A program made the translations under genes and the position numbers. Below the pieces are notes generated by a model that saw only the letters and a program-made list of their open reading frames with translations, made no database searches and had not been told where the DNA came from. 64,000 nt of DNA from an uncultured delta proteobacterium (GTDB lineage: Bacteria; Desulfobacterota; Binatia; UBA9968), in the NCBI GenBank assembly GCA_963728565.1, contig CAVSLC010000019.1, positions 128,001 through 192,000 of the forward strand. Direction: 5' to 3'. Positions 1-11,441 of the stretch are shown here, piece after piece; position 1 is the stretch's first letter; each line of letters opens with the position of its first letter.

Positions 1-1776
1 TCGTACCGCTTCGATGATCCCGATGGCCCTCTCAACGAAGCTGACAGCGCTCCCTTCATGCCCAAATCCGTGGTGATCAATCCTTTTTTTGATTGGGGCA
101 ACGATCGCCATCCCCGTACCCGGTGGAGCGAGACAATCATTTACGAAATGCACGTCAAAGGTTTTTCAAAAAAGCTCGAGGACATTCCGGAAGAATTGCG
201 GGGAAGCTATGCCGCCCTCAGTCACCCCAAAGCGATCGATTATCTAACGCGTCTCGGCATTACCGCAGTGGAGCTCATGCCTGTCCATCAGTTTGTTCAC
301 GATTCGCATCTTCTCGAGCGCAACCTGCGCAACTACTGGGGGTACAATTCCATCGGTTTCTTGGCGCCGCACAATGAATACTCCTCGAGCGGTCAAACCG
401 GCCAGCAGGTTCAGGAGTTCAAACAGATGGTCAAGTCGCTTCATGAAGCCGGCATCGAGGTGATTCTCGATGTGGTTTACAACCATACCGCCGAGGGCAA
501 TCATCTGGGGCCGACGATATCTTTTAAAGGACTCGACAACGCAGCCTATTACCGCTTGATGAATGACGATCGCCGTTTCTATATGGACTACACCGGAACC
601 GGCAATACTCTAAACATGCGCCACCCTCACGTGCTGCAGCTGATCATGGATTCGCTGCGCTATTGGGTGCTCGAAATGCATGTCGACGGGTTTCGGTTCG
701 ATCTGGCGTCCACATTGGCGCGGGGCCTCCACGATGTCGACCGGCTTTCGGCTTTCTTTGACATTATTCAACAGGATCCGGTTATCAGCCAAACCAAGCT
801 TATCGCCGAACCGTGGGATGTTGGCGAAGGCGGTTACCAGGTGGGAAACTTTCCGCCCTTGTGGCTGGAATGGAACGGCAAGTACCGCGACTGCGTACGC
901 GATTATTGGCGCGGCCAGGATCAGACGCTGGGTGAGTTCGCTTTCCGCTTCACCGGCAGCTCCGATCTTTACGAGGGGACGGGGCGGCGGCCGTATGCAA
1001 GCGTGAACTTCATTACCGCCCACGACGGCTTTACCCTCAACGATCTGGTCTCGTACAACGATAAGCATAACGAGGCCAATGGCGAAGAAAACCGTGACGG
1101 CGAAAGTCACAATCGTTCGTGGAACTGCGGCGCGGAGGGACCCACCGACGATCCGGCAGTCAATGCGCTGCGTAACCGTCAAAAGCGCAACTTTCTATCG
1201 ACCCTGTTCTTATCCCAAGGCATTCCCATGCTGCTCGGCGGCGACGAGATCGGCCGCACCCAAACGGGCAACAACAACGGCTATTGCCAGGACAACGAGA
1301 TCTCCTGGTTTGATTGGCAGTCCGCTGATCACGATTTGCTTGCATTCACGACTAAATTGATCGAACTGCGCAAACAGCATCCGGTCTTCCGTAGACGCCG
1401 CTGGTTTCAAGGCCGTCCGATTCACGGCGCCGCGGTTACCGACCTCGGCTGGTTTACGCCCGAAGGGGTGGAGATGGCCGAGGAACACTGGGGCGAGGGA
1501 TTTGCAAAAGCGGTCGGAGTTTTTCTCAATGGAGAAGCTATCGGTGATCCGGACCCGCGCGGCGAGCGGATAGTCGATGACAGCTATTACGTTCTCTTCA
1601 ATGCTCACCATGAGCCATTGCCCTTTGTTCTCCCGAAAGAAAACTGGGGCAAAGAATGGACGGTGGTTTTGGACACCGCCGTCACACCAGCGGAGGACGA
1701 ACAGGAGTCGCACAAGGCGGGCGAGGAAGTTGGTGTCGAGGCGCGATCGCTGAAGGTGCTGCGGCGTGTCACCTGA
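1..1776 (+). CDS. glgX: Glycogen debranching enzyme (GH13), 5' end lies upstream of the window
   Basis: Motifs IIYEMHVKGF, NYWGYNSIGF, DVVYNHTAEG, DGFRFDLAS, IAEPWDVG, FITAHDGFTL. The frame is open from position 1. Confidence 0.96.
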   Translation, partial: SYRFDDPDGPLNEADSAPFMPKSVVINPFFDWGNDRHPRTRWSETIIYEMHVKGFSKKLEDIPEELRGSYAALSHPKAIDYLTRLGITAVELMPVHQFVHDSHLLERNLRNYWGYNSIGFLAPHNEYSSSGQTGQQVQEFKQMVKSLHEAGIEVILDVVYNHTAEGNHLGPTISFKGLDNAAYYRLMNDDRRFYMDYTGTGNTLNMRHPHVLQLIMDSLRYWVLEMHVDGFRFDLASTLARGLHDVDRLSAFFDIIQQDPVISQTKLIAEPWDVGEGGYQVGNFPPLWLEWNGKYRDCVRDYWRGQDQTLGEFAFRFTGSSDLYEGTGRRPYASVNFITAHDGFTLNDLVSYNDKHNEANGEENRDGESHNRSWNCGAEGPTDDPAVNALRNRQKRNFLSTLFLSQGIPMLLGGDEIGRTQTGNNNGYCQDNEISWFDWQSADHDLLAFTTKLIELRKQHPVFRRRRWFQGRPIHGAAVTDLGWFTPEGVEMAEEHWGEGFAKAVGVFLNGEAIGDPDPRGERIVDDSYYVLFNAHHEPLPFVLPKENWGKEWTVVLDTAVTPAEDEQESHKAGEEVGVEARSLKVLRRVT

Positions 1777-4420
1777 TCTCCGGGCTACGTACCGCATTCA
1801 GTTGCATCCGGGCTTCGGCTTCACCGATGCCGCCGCGATCGCCGATTACCTGGCTGAACTTGGCATCAGCCATCTTTATTGCTCACCTTACCTGCAAGCA
1901 GCTCCCGGCAGCACGCACGGTTATGACGTGGTTAACCCGCAGCAAGTTAACCGGGAACTCGGCGGTGTCAGCGGCCATGCGCGCTTATGCGCCGCGCTCG
2001 AAGAAAATGGGCTCAAGCAGGTGCTTGATATCGTGCCCAACCACATGGCCATCGGCGGCAGAGAAAATCCCTGGTGGTGGGATGTTCTCGAGAACGGGCC
2101 TTCGAGCCGCTATGCGGCATTTTTTGACGTCGACTGGGATCCGCCCGAAGTCAAGCTGCGTAACACGGTTCTTCTGCCGGTGCTGGGTGATCATTACGGA
2201 CGAGTGCTCGAAAAAGGCGAATTCGCGCTGCAAAGAGAAGGCGGGCAGTTTATTGTCCGTTATCATGATCATGTGTTCCCGGTTTCGCCGCGCTCTCTGG
2301 ATGAGCTAGTCGCCAATGCCGCGCGCCGGTGTGATTCGGACGATTTAGCATTTATCGCGGAGGCATTGCGTCAGCTGCCGCCGTCGACGGCGACCGACTG
2401 GGCCGCGGTGCAGAGGCGGCACCGCAACAAAGAGGTCCTGCGCGGCCAATTGGTGCGGCTCTGTGAAGAGCAGCCGCAAGTCGCCCGGGCTCTGGAACAG
2501 ATCGTCGCTGAGGTGAATTCCGATCCCGATCAGCTGGATGCGCTATTAGAGCGCCAGAACTATCGCCTGGCATTCTGGCGCACGGCAGGACGCGAATTCG
2601 GGTACCGTCGTTTCTTCGACATCAATACACTGGCGGGTTTGCAGGCGGAGCACGAGCAGGTGTTCGAGCAAACCCATGCGCTTATCCTCGATTGGCTTAA
2701 TCGCGGGATGCTGGACGGCGTCCGCGTCGATCACCCGGACGGGCTGCGCGATCCTGAACAGTACTTTGATCGCCTGCATACGGCGTGCCCGCGGGCGTGG
2801 ATCGTAGCGGAAAAAATTCTCGAGCCTGGCGAAAGCCTTCCCGAATCATGGCCGATAGCCGGAACCACAGGCTACGACTTTATCTATCGCCTGAACAATC
2901 TTTTTGTCGATCCCGCTGCAGAGGCGGCGCTAACCGAGTTTTACCGCGAGTTCACCGGCGAGCCCACGGACTTTGCTGCGCTTGTGCATGACAAAAAACA
3001 TTTCGTCTTGCGCGAGGTTCTGGCCAGCGATCTCAACCGTCTGACCGCCTTATTGGTCGATATATGCGAACGCCATCGCCGGCATCGGGACTACACGCGC
3101 CATGAGCTGCACGAGGCGCTCCGCGAATTGATCGCGTGCTTCCCGATTTATCGAACTTACGTGCGCGCTGAAGCGGGAGTTATAAGCGATGAGGATGCGC
3201 GAATCATCAACCGCACCATCGATGATGCCAAGGCGCGCCGCTCCGACCTGGATGGTGAGTTGTTCGACTTCTTTCGCGGCATTCTTCTCATGCGCCACCG
3301 CGGCCAGCTCGAGACCGAGTGGGTGATGCGTTTGCAGCAACTGACCGGGCCGGTGATGGCCAAAGGTCTCGAAGACACCGCTTTTTATTGTTTTAACCGC
3401 CTAGTTTCATTAAACGAAGTGGGCGGCGATCCGGGACACTTCGGCCTCTCCCCGGATGAATTCCACACGGCCTGCACCGCGGCCCAGGGACGCTGGCCGC
3501 GCACAATGCTGGCCTCTTCGACACATGACACCAAGCGCAGCGAGGATGTGCGCGCGCGCATCAATTTGCTTTCGGAGATTCCACAGCATTGGATGGAGGC
3601 GGTGAGAGGATGGGCCGAGCTCAACGGCGGCTATCGCCGCGAGAGTTTTCCCGATCGCAATACCGAGTACCTGCTCTATCAGACCCTGGTCGGCGCCTGG
3701 CCTATCGAGATCGAACGCGTACTTGCCTACATGGAAAAGGCTTCCCGCGAGGCCAAGGCCCAAACCTCCTGGACCGATCCGAATCCGATCTACGACGACG
3801 CTTTGCGAGCTTTCGTCGAAGGCATCATGAATAATTCCGAGTTCACAGAAAGTCTGGAACGTTTCGTTAGACCGCTGATCGAGCCCGGCCGGATCAATTC
3901 ACTGGCGCAGACACTGATCAAACTCACCGCCCCCGGTATTCCCGATTTTTACCAAGGCACTGAACTATGGGATCTAAGTCTGGTCGATCCCGACAACCGA
4001 CGCCCGGTCGACTATCAAGTAAGGCGCCGGTTGCTTGCCGAGATAAAAAGCATGTCACCCGAGCAGATATGGGCAGGGGCGGAGGCGGGTCTGCCCAAAT
4101 TGTGGTTGATCCGGCAAACTCTCAAAGCACGGCACGAGCGGAATCTATTTCAGCCGCAGGATAGTTACCGCGCGTTGACGCCCGCCGGAGCAAAGAGCGT
4201 GCACGTCGTTGCGTTCGCGCGCAACCAGCGCGCAATCACCGTCGTGCCGCGCTTCCCTTTAAAGCTCGCCGGAGACTGGGGCGACAGCGCCATCGAAATC
4301 CCCAGCGGACGTTGGCGCAATCACCTCACCGGCGAAACGTCGGCTGGCGGCGTCGCTCCAGTGGCTAAGCTGTTAAAGCGTTTTCCGGTAGCGCTTCTGT
4401 TACGAGAGGAAGAAATTTGA
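1766..4420 (+). CDS. treY: Malto-oligosyltrehalose synthase
   Basis: ATYRIQL, GSTHGYDVV, DIVPNHM, RVDHPDGL, STHDTKRSEDVRAR, DFYQGTELWDLSLVDPDNRRPVD. Overlaps the glgX stop. Confidence 0.96.
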   Translation: MSPDLRATYRIQLHPGFGFTDAAAIADYLAELGISHLYCSPYLQAAPGSTHGYDVVNPQQVNRELGGVSGHARLCAALEENGLKQVLDIVPNHMAIGGRENPWWWDVLENGPSSRYAAFFDVDWDPPEVKLRNTVLLPVLGDHYGRVLEKGEFALQREGGQFIVRYHDHVFPVSPRSLDELVANAARRCDSDDLAFIAEALRQLPPSTATDWAAVQRRHRNKEVLRGQLVRLCEEQPQVARALEQIVAEVNSDPDQLDALLERQNYRLAFWRTAGREFGYRRFFDINTLAGLQAEHEQVFEQTHALILDWLNRGMLDGVRVDHPDGLRDPEQYFDRLHTACPRAWIVAEKILEPGESLPESWPIAGTTGYDFIYRLNNLFVDPAAEAALTEFYREFTGEPTDFAALVHDKKHFVLREVLASDLNRLTALLVDICERHRRHRDYTRHELHEALRELIACFPIYRTYVRAEAGVISDEDARIINRTIDDAKARRSDLDGELFDFFRGILLMRHRGQLETEWVMRLQQLTGPVMAKGLEDTAFYCFNRLVSLNEVGGDPGHFGLSPDEFHTACTAAQGRWPRTMLASSTHDTKRSEDVRARINLLSEIPQHWMEAVRGWAELNGGYRRESFPDRNTEYLLYQTLVGAWPIEIERVLAYMEKASREAKAQTSWTDPNPIYDDALRAFVEGIMNNSEFTESLERFVRPLIEPGRINSLAQTLIKLTAPGIPDFYQGTELWDLSLVDPDNRRPVDYQVRRRLLAEIKSMSPEQIWAGAEAGLPKLWLIRQTLKARHERNLFQPQDSYRALTPAGAKSVHVVAFARNQRAITVVPRFPLKLAGDWGDSAIEIPSGRWRNHLTGETSAGGVAPVAKLLKRFPVALLLREEEI

Positions 4421-6183
4421 TGATTCCGCTCCGAGTTTGGGCGCCTCATGCGCGACGGGTTGAACTTGATGTTGGCGGCGATCGGCGCCCTATGACTGCC
4501 GCTGATTACGGATGGTGGCACGCCGAGCTCGCAATAGGCGCAAATAGCGTCGACTATGCGTTCGTGCTCGATGGTGGCGAGCCGCTGCCAGACCCACGCT
4601 CGCCCTGGCAACCCCGGGGGATCCACGGCGCCTCCCGCATGGTCGATCACCGAGCATTTTCATGGAGCGATCAGCGCTGGCAGGCCGGGCCACTTGCTGC
4701 GGCCATTATCTATGAGCTCCATGTCGGTACTTTCACGGCGCAAGGAACTTTCGCCGCGGTGATCGATAAGCTCGACTATTTAGTCGAGCTCGGCATCACC
4801 CATGTCGAGTTGATGCCGGTGGCCGAGTTCTCCGGTAGCCGTGGTTGGGGCTATGACGGCGCCGACCTGTACGCGCCGCACCATGCTTACGGCGAGCCGG
4901 ATGAGCTGAAGCGTCTGGTAGATGCCTGTCACGGGCGCGGCTTGGCAGTGATCCTCGATGTGGTTTACAACCACTTGGGACCGGCGGGGAATTATCTGGC
5001 GCGCTTTGCCCCGTATTTCACCGAGCGTTATGCCACGCCCTGGGGGCAGGCGATAAATTTCGACGGACCTGACAGCGATGAAGTTCGGCGTTTTGTATGC
5101 GATAACGCTTTGATGTGGCTGCGCGATTATCATTTTGATGGGCTGCGACTCGATGCGGTGCACGCGCTGATCGACACCTCTGCTACCCATCTGCTTGAAC
5201 AGCTGGCCTGCGAAGTGACCGAATTGGAGGCCCAAAGCGGCCGGCATTTGATCCTGATCGCCGAGAGCGATCTCAACGATCCCAGAATTGTCCGCTCCCA
5301 GGAGATCGGCGGTTACGGCATCCACGCCCAGTGGAGCGATGATTTCCATCATGCGTTGCATACTGTGCTCACCGGCGAGCGCGATGGCTACTATGCCGAT
5401 TTCGGCTCGCTGGCTGATTTGGCCAAGGCAATCGAGCGGGTATTCGTCCACGACGGCAGTTATTCGGCATTTCGCAGGCGCGGACATGGAAGACCTCCCA
5501 CGGGAATTCTCGGCCATTCTTTTCTCGGCTACTCGCAGAATCACGATCAGGTTGGTAATCGCGCCAAAGGAGAACGGAGCAGTCATCTCTTGAGCCTCGG
5601 GAGGCTCAAGATCGCCGCTGCCTTGGTGCTGAGCGCGCCTTTCATCCCGATGTTGTTCCAAGGTGAAGAATGGGCGGCGAGCTCGCCGTTCTTATATTTC
5701 ACCAATCACGAAGATGCCGAACTCGGTCGCTTAGTAACCGAGGGCCGCCGCCGGGAATTTGCCGCCTTCAGCGCGCACTCGGACGATGTACCTGATCCGC
5801 AAGCGCTCGAGACCTTCGAACGTTCCAAGCTCGTGTGGAACGAATGCGGCCGCGCGCCGAATGCTGAGATGCTCGATTGGCACCGCCAACTGATCCGGCT
5901 GCGCCATGAATACGCCGCGCTCTCCGATGGTCGTCTGAACCGTGTCAGTGTGACCTTTGACGAGCAAGCGAAATGGCTGGTCATGGCCCGTGGTCCGATC
6001 GCGGTAGCTTGTAATTTAAGCGAGCGCCGGCAGCAAACGCCGTTAAGCACCGGCAAAAATGCGCACATCCTCCTTGCTTCGGAGAAAGAGATTCAACTCG
6101 TCGGCGAGGGCGTCGAACTGCCGCCGGACTCAGTGGCCATCGTTGAGGCGATCGGCAATCGCGGTTCTGCGATGAGGCAATGA
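4417..6183 (+). CDS. treZ: Malto-oligosyltrehalose trehalohydrolase
   Basis: RVWAP, IYELHVGTFT, WGYDG, GLRLDAVH, QWSDDFHH, QNHDQVGNR, PMLFQGEEW. Follows treY. Confidence 0.95.
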   Translation: MMIPLRVWAPHARRVELDVGGDRRPMTAADYGWWHAELAIGANSVDYAFVLDGGEPLPDPRSPWQPRGIHGASRMVDHRAFSWSDQRWQAGPLAAAIIYELHVGTFTAQGTFAAVIDKLDYLVELGITHVELMPVAEFSGSRGWGYDGADLYAPHHAYGEPDELKRLVDACHGRGLAVILDVVYNHLGPAGNYLARFAPYFTERYATPWGQAINFDGPDSDEVRRFVCDNALMWLRDYHFDGLRLDAVHALIDTSATHLLEQLACEVTELEAQSGRHLILIAESDLNDPRIVRSQEIGGYGIHAQWSDDFHHALHTVLTGERDGYYADFGSLADLAKAIERVFVHDGSYSAFRRRGHGRPPTGILGHSFLGYSQNHDQVGNRAKGERSSHLLSLGRLKIAAALVLSAPFIPMLFQGEEWAASSPFLYFTNHEDAELGRLVTEGRRREFAAFSAHSDDVPDPQALETFERSKLVWNECGRAPNAEMLDWHRQLIRLRHEYAALSDGRLNRVSVTFDEQAKWLVMARGPIAVACNLSERRQQTPLSTGKNAHILLASEKEIQLVGEGVELPPDSVAIVEAIGNRGSAMRQ

Positions 6184-8572
6184 CCATGGCTGAGCGCGGA
6201 CAACTCAGCAGCTATCGTCAAGCGATACCAGGATGCTTTCGGCAACTGGCGTGAAGCCAGTGAAGAGACCTGCGCGGCGATCCTCGCAGCGATGGGGCAA
6301 ACGCCGGAAGAAGAGGACGCGCCGGTCTGGGTTTTTCGGCGCGGCGATCCAAGACATCTGTCCGGGCCGGCGGAAATCACCCTGGAGGACAGCACAGCTC
6401 TGCAAGTGGAAAGTGAGCTGCCGGAGGATCTGCCGCTCGGCTATCACACCTTGCGCTATCTGGATCGTGAGCGCGAAACTAGATTAATCGTCAGCCCGGG
6501 AGTCTGTTATCTGCCCGAGCATCTGCGGATTTGGGGTTGGTCGGCGCAGCTCTATGCGCTTCGATCCGCTGGGAGCTGGGGAATCGGGGATTTTGCCGAT
6601 CTGCGTGAATTGGGCCGCTGGTCGGCACGGGAGCTAGATGCCGGATTGCTTTTAATCAATCCGCTGGGCGCAGCATCGCCCTATGCGCAGCAGGAGCGGA
6701 GTCCTTATTTTCCCAGTAGCCGCCGTTTTCGCAACCCATTGTACCTGCGAATCGAGGAGATCCCGGGCGCCGCTGAGCTTCAGCTTGATCTGGAACGAAT
6801 CGCGGCCGCCGGCAAAGCTCTTAATCGCCAGCAACGCATCGATCGTGATTTGGGGCGAAGCGGAGAAGGGGACGCGCCGGTTGGGTTGTTCGGCGCGGCG
6901 AGCGAAGGCGTCTGACCGGGCCGGCGGAAATAACGCTGGAGGACAGCACAGCTCGCTGCAAGTGGAAAGTGAACTGCCGGAGGATCTGCCGCTCGGCTAT
7001 CACACCCTGCGCTATCTGGATCGTGAGCGCGAAACTAGATTAATCGTCAGTCCGGGAGTCTGTTATCTGCCCGAACATCTGCGCATTTGGGGTTGGTCGG
7101 CGCAGCTCTATGCGCTGCGATCCGCTGGGAGCTGGGGAATCGGCGATTTTGCCGATCTGCGTGCGTTGGGCCGCTGGTCGGCACGGGAGCACGATGCCGG
7201 GTTGCTTTTAATCAATCCGCTGGGCGCAGCATCCCCCTATGCGCAGCAGGAGCGGAGCCCGTATTATCCCAGTAGCCGCCGTTTCCGAAACCCCTTGTAC
7301 CTGCGAATCGAGGAGATCCCGGGGTCCGCCGAGCTTCAGCTCGATCTGGAACGAATCGCGGCCGCCGGCAAAGCTCTTAATCGGCAGCAAAGCATTGATC
7401 GTGATTTGGTATTCAAGCTCAAAAAAGATGCGCTAGACATACTCTGGCAGCATTTTTCAGGCGATTCCCGGTTCGAAAAGTTCTGCCGCGACCAAGGAGA
7501 ACCGCTACAACAATTTGCCGCCTTTTGCGCGCTCGCTGAGCACTATCAAGCGGGCTGGCGCCAGTGGCCCGGCGAGTATCGCACACCGGATTCACCTGCG
7601 GTGAGCCGTTTTGCCGGCGAGCGGTCGGACCGCGTGCGCTATTTTCAGTGGCTGCAGTGGCTGCTCGATGAGCAATTGGCAAAAGCCGCCGTCGAAATTT
7701 CCTTGATGCAAGATCTGCCCATCGGAGTTGATGCCAACGGCGCCGATGCCTGGGCGTGGCAGGAGGTGTTTGCCGAGGGATTCAGCATCGGCAGCCCCCC
7801 GGACGAATACAATATGCAAGGTCAAGATTGGGGGTTGCCGCCGTTTATTCCATCAAAGCTGCGCGCCGCCGGTTATGATCCGTTCATCCAGACGCTAAGG
7901 GGAGCGTTGCGACATGCCGGCGGCCTTCGAATTGATCATGTCATGGGATTGTTCCGTTTGTTCTGGATTGCGCAAGGCGGAGGTCCCACTACCGGGGCTT
8001 ACGTTCGTTATCCTGAGCACGAGTTACTAGCCATACTGGCTTTGGAAAGCGAACGGTCGAAAGCGTATATCGTCGGCGAAGATCTCGGCACGGTGGAAGA
8101 GGGTGTTCGTAAGCAGCTCGCCGAAAGCCGCATCTTGTCTTATCGGCTACTCTGGTTCGAGAGCGAGCCGCCGGCGCGATATCCTGAACTGGCGCTTGCG
8201 GCGGTGACCACCCACGATTTGCCGACGGTTGCCGGTTTGTGGAGCGGCGCTGATCTCAAGGCGCAGCGTGAACTGGGGCTGGAGCCCAACGAAGAAGGGA
8301 CTTTGAAAATCGCCGAACGGCTGAGCGCGATGACGGGGATTACCGACGAGACTCCGGTCGAAGAAGTGATCACCCGGACCTACGAGCTTCTCGCGCAAGC
8401 GCCTTCGGCGATCGTCACGGCGACATTGGAAGATGCTTTGGCCGTGGAAGAGCGACCCAACATCCCGGGCACCACAGAGACATCGTGGTCGCTAGCATTG
8501 CCTGAATCCCTGGAAGCCCTCGAGGCCAGTCCCCTCGCGCGCGCCATCGGTGAACGACTGCGCAATCGCTGA
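6180..8572 (+). CDS. malQ: 4-alpha-glucanotransferase (GH77), broken by an N-terminal frameshift and a ~560-bp internal duplication
   Basis: N-terminus YQDAFGNWRE..AILAAMG reads in the frame upstream of 6292. Core motifs QLYALRS..WGIGDF, SPYYPSSRRF, DLPIG, QDWGLPP, RIDHVMGLFRLFWI, GEDLG, TTHDLPT. Confidence 0.9.
6293..7409 (+). repeat. Tandem duplication of ~560 bp within malQ (copy 1 ~6293-6853, copy 2 ~6851-7409)
   Basis: The block ...ggacagcacagctc..tgcaagtggaaagtga.ctgccggaggatctgccgctcggctatcacacc...gatcgtgatttgg occurs twice. The first ~100 nt of copy 2 are garbled. Confidence 0.95.
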
Positions 8573-8861
8573 GGTCACGATAGAGCCAATCGACGGTACG
8601 ATCAATCAACGCTGTGCGCCGAACAACCTTCGTGTTCCGGAACGTATCGTACTTCCGCTGCCCGTTGCACTTTGCGCTCCTTCATCCTAGCCTACCTGCC
8701 GTAGGGCGAATCCATAAATTCATACGACGGATTGAGCGCCGCACAAAGTTGATCGTGGGTAGACCGCAGAATTTACCGATGGCCGACGGCGAGAATTCGC
8801 CTCGACTTTCGAGATGGCGGAGAGTTGCGCATCCATCGGCCTTTGACATAGTCTCCACTCT

Positions 8862-11259
8862 ATGACCGATCACACAGAACGTTCGCACAGGGTGCGCGGC
8901 TACTGTGCGCTTTGCACGGCTCACTGCGCAACTATCGCAACAGTCGAAGACGGTAAGGTAACTCGCCTCGATGCGGACCATGATCATCCCAACGGGGGCG
9001 TGCTGTGCATCAAAGGCAAAGCGGCGCCTGAGTTGGTTTATCATCCCGATCGACTGAATTATCCGCTCAAGCGCACACGCCCGAAAGGCGATGCCGATCC
9101 CGGCTGGCAACGGGTCAGCTGGGATCAGGCCCTGGACGAAATCGCCGAGCGGCTGATTTCTATTCGCGAGCGCTTCGGTGCGCGCGCAGTCGCCTTGGCC
9201 AAAGGCACACGCGGCGGCACATCCGTTTCCGATGCCGAGCGCTGGCTGGCGCGCTTTCTCAACAGCTTTGGAAGCCCCAACTGGGTTTCCACTACGCATG
9301 TTTGTAACTGGCACAAGGATACCGGTTTTAGCTACACGTTCGGCGTGGAAATTCCCACGCCCGACGTAGCTCAAAGCAACGCCTTTCTTCTCTGGGGTCA
9401 CAACCCGAGCTCGACGTCTTTGATTCTAGCTCATGACATCGTTGCGGCGAAAAAACGCGGCATGAAAATCGTCGCCGTCGATCCACGGCGCATAGGAACT
9501 GCGGCGCAAGCGGACGTTCTGCTGCAAGTTAGGCCCGGCGCGGATGGCGCATTGGCGTTGGCTCTGATCGATGTTGTCATCGAAGAAAAACTCTACGACC
9601 GCAAGTTCGTGAGTCAATGGACTAACGGGCCGCTTCTCGTGCGAACCGATACCGGGACGGCTTTGACGGAAGCCGATCTCATGATCGATGGATCACCGCA
9701 ACGATTTATCGTATGGGACGAAAGCGCCGATGCTCCTGTTATGTATGATGCAAGCTCCGGTAGTTTCGAAAAGTCGTCGGTCCGGCCTGCACTGATGGGT
9801 GAGCGCAGTATCAAAACGAAAACCGGCCAAGAAATTCTCTGCCAGCCGGTGTTCGCCTCGCTTGCGGTCGCTTGCAGCGACTCATAATGCTGCGCGCTCC
9901 CAAGCTATCACTTGGGTGTCCCGTGAGAAAGTCAGGCAGGCGGCGCATCTGCTGGCGGCGAATCGACCGGTCAGCTTGTATATGCACAATGGCGTGGGGC
10001 AGCACACCAATGCGACACAGACCAGTCGGGCGATTGCAACGCTGTACGCGCTTTTAGGGGATTTTGACCGGCCCGGCGGCAACGTAGTTTTCCCTAAGGC
10101 GCCGGTCAACGCTGTCTCGGGTAAAGAATTTCTGCCACAGGAAGTCGCACTCCAGAGAATTGGGCGCGAGCGCAAACCGCTTGGACCACCGGCGAAACCC
10201 GGCAATTGCGCCGCGTACGACATTTTTACCGCCATCCTCGAAGGCATTCCGTATCCGGTCAAGGCAGTTTTGAATTTCGGCTCCAATACCATTATGTCTA
10301 CCGGCGATTCCCAGCGGGCGCGTGAGGCATTTCGCGCTCTCGACTTTGCTGTGGCCACCGAGCTATTCATGACGCCTACAGCGGAACTCTGCGATTATGT
10401 CTTGCCGGCCACAAGCTTTCTTGAGATGGGCAATTTAGCCGCCGGATTTGAGCACCGGCCAAAAGGAAAACTTCATTTACAATATCGCCCGGCAGTGGTT
10501 CCCCCTCTGGCTGAGCGACGTTCGGATACCTGGATGATCTTCGAATTAGCTAAACGCGTGGGTCGCGGCCGTGAGTTCTGGGAAGGCGATATAGAAGCTG
10601 GCTACGAGCACGAGTTGCAGCCGACCGGCGTAACCCTTGCGCAACTCGAAAGGTCTGCCGGAGGAATCAGCGTTGCCGCGACGCCGCGTTATCGAAAATT
10701 CGCCGCAAACAATGAGCACGGCATTGCTCGCGGGTTTAACACGCCGGATAAGAAAGTGGAGATCTACTCGCATACGTTTGCCGCTCATGGCTTTTCGCCT
10801 CTGCCCGAGTATGTGGAACCTTTGATCGGCCCAGTCAGCCGGCGCGATCTGGCCGACGAATACCCGCTGGTGCTGACCAACGCAAAATTTACAACTTACA
10901 TCCATAGCCAGCTGCGCGGTCTCTCCAGTCTGCGTAAGTCATCGCCGGAGCCAACCGCGGATATTCATCCCGATACAGCAGCGCCTTACGGAATCAAGAA
11001 TCGTGACTGGATGATCATCGAAAGCCCTCGTGGCGCGATCACCGCACGGGCGCGTGTCACGGACGCTATAGCGCCGGGTGTCGTCTGTTGCCAGCATGGG
11101 TGGTGGCAGGACTGTAAGCAACTCGACCTTCCCGGCTACGCCTCGGTCGGGATTGGTTCGGCAAACCCGAGCCTGCTAATTGGCTCTGATGTCGCCGATC
11201 CGATCAGCGGCTCGCTGCCGCATCGATCTTATCTCTGTCGTGTGCGACCGGCAGAGTAA
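8862..11259 (+). CDS. Molybdopterin (Mo/W-bisPGD, DMSO reductase superfamily) oxidoreductase; frameshift near 9885
   Basis: N-terminal 4Fe-4S motif CALCTAHC...LCIKG, YHPDRLNYPLKRT, WGHNP, VDPRR, DYVLPA, and C-terminal molydop-binding HSQLR/IHPDTA. No Tat signal. Confidence 0.9.
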
Positions 11260-11407
11260 CACTTGCCAGCTGGCCGTCCGGTTGGCAAAGAGCGACGAAA
11301 AACTTAGAGTTCGTTCATCGTATCTTAAGAGAGGTCTAAATTACGTTTTTCGTAAAAGAGTCAGTGAAAGCGCATCCGACGAAGAGAGCTTAGCGAAATA
11401 AACTTCG

Positions 11408-11441
11408 TTGACATCTGCCGCAGTCCGGGAGAGTATCGTCT
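11408..11441 (+). promoter_or_regulatory. Putative sigma70 promoter giving a leaderless transcript at ATG 11442
   Basis: Perfect TTGACA at 11408-11413, weak -10 (GAGTAT at N17), 28 nt from the -35 box to the ATG, and no SD. Confidence 0.5.

Noticed and set aside
1-8572. glgX-treY-treZ-malQ as a novel system
   Set aside because: This is the well-known glycogen-to-trehalose pathway.
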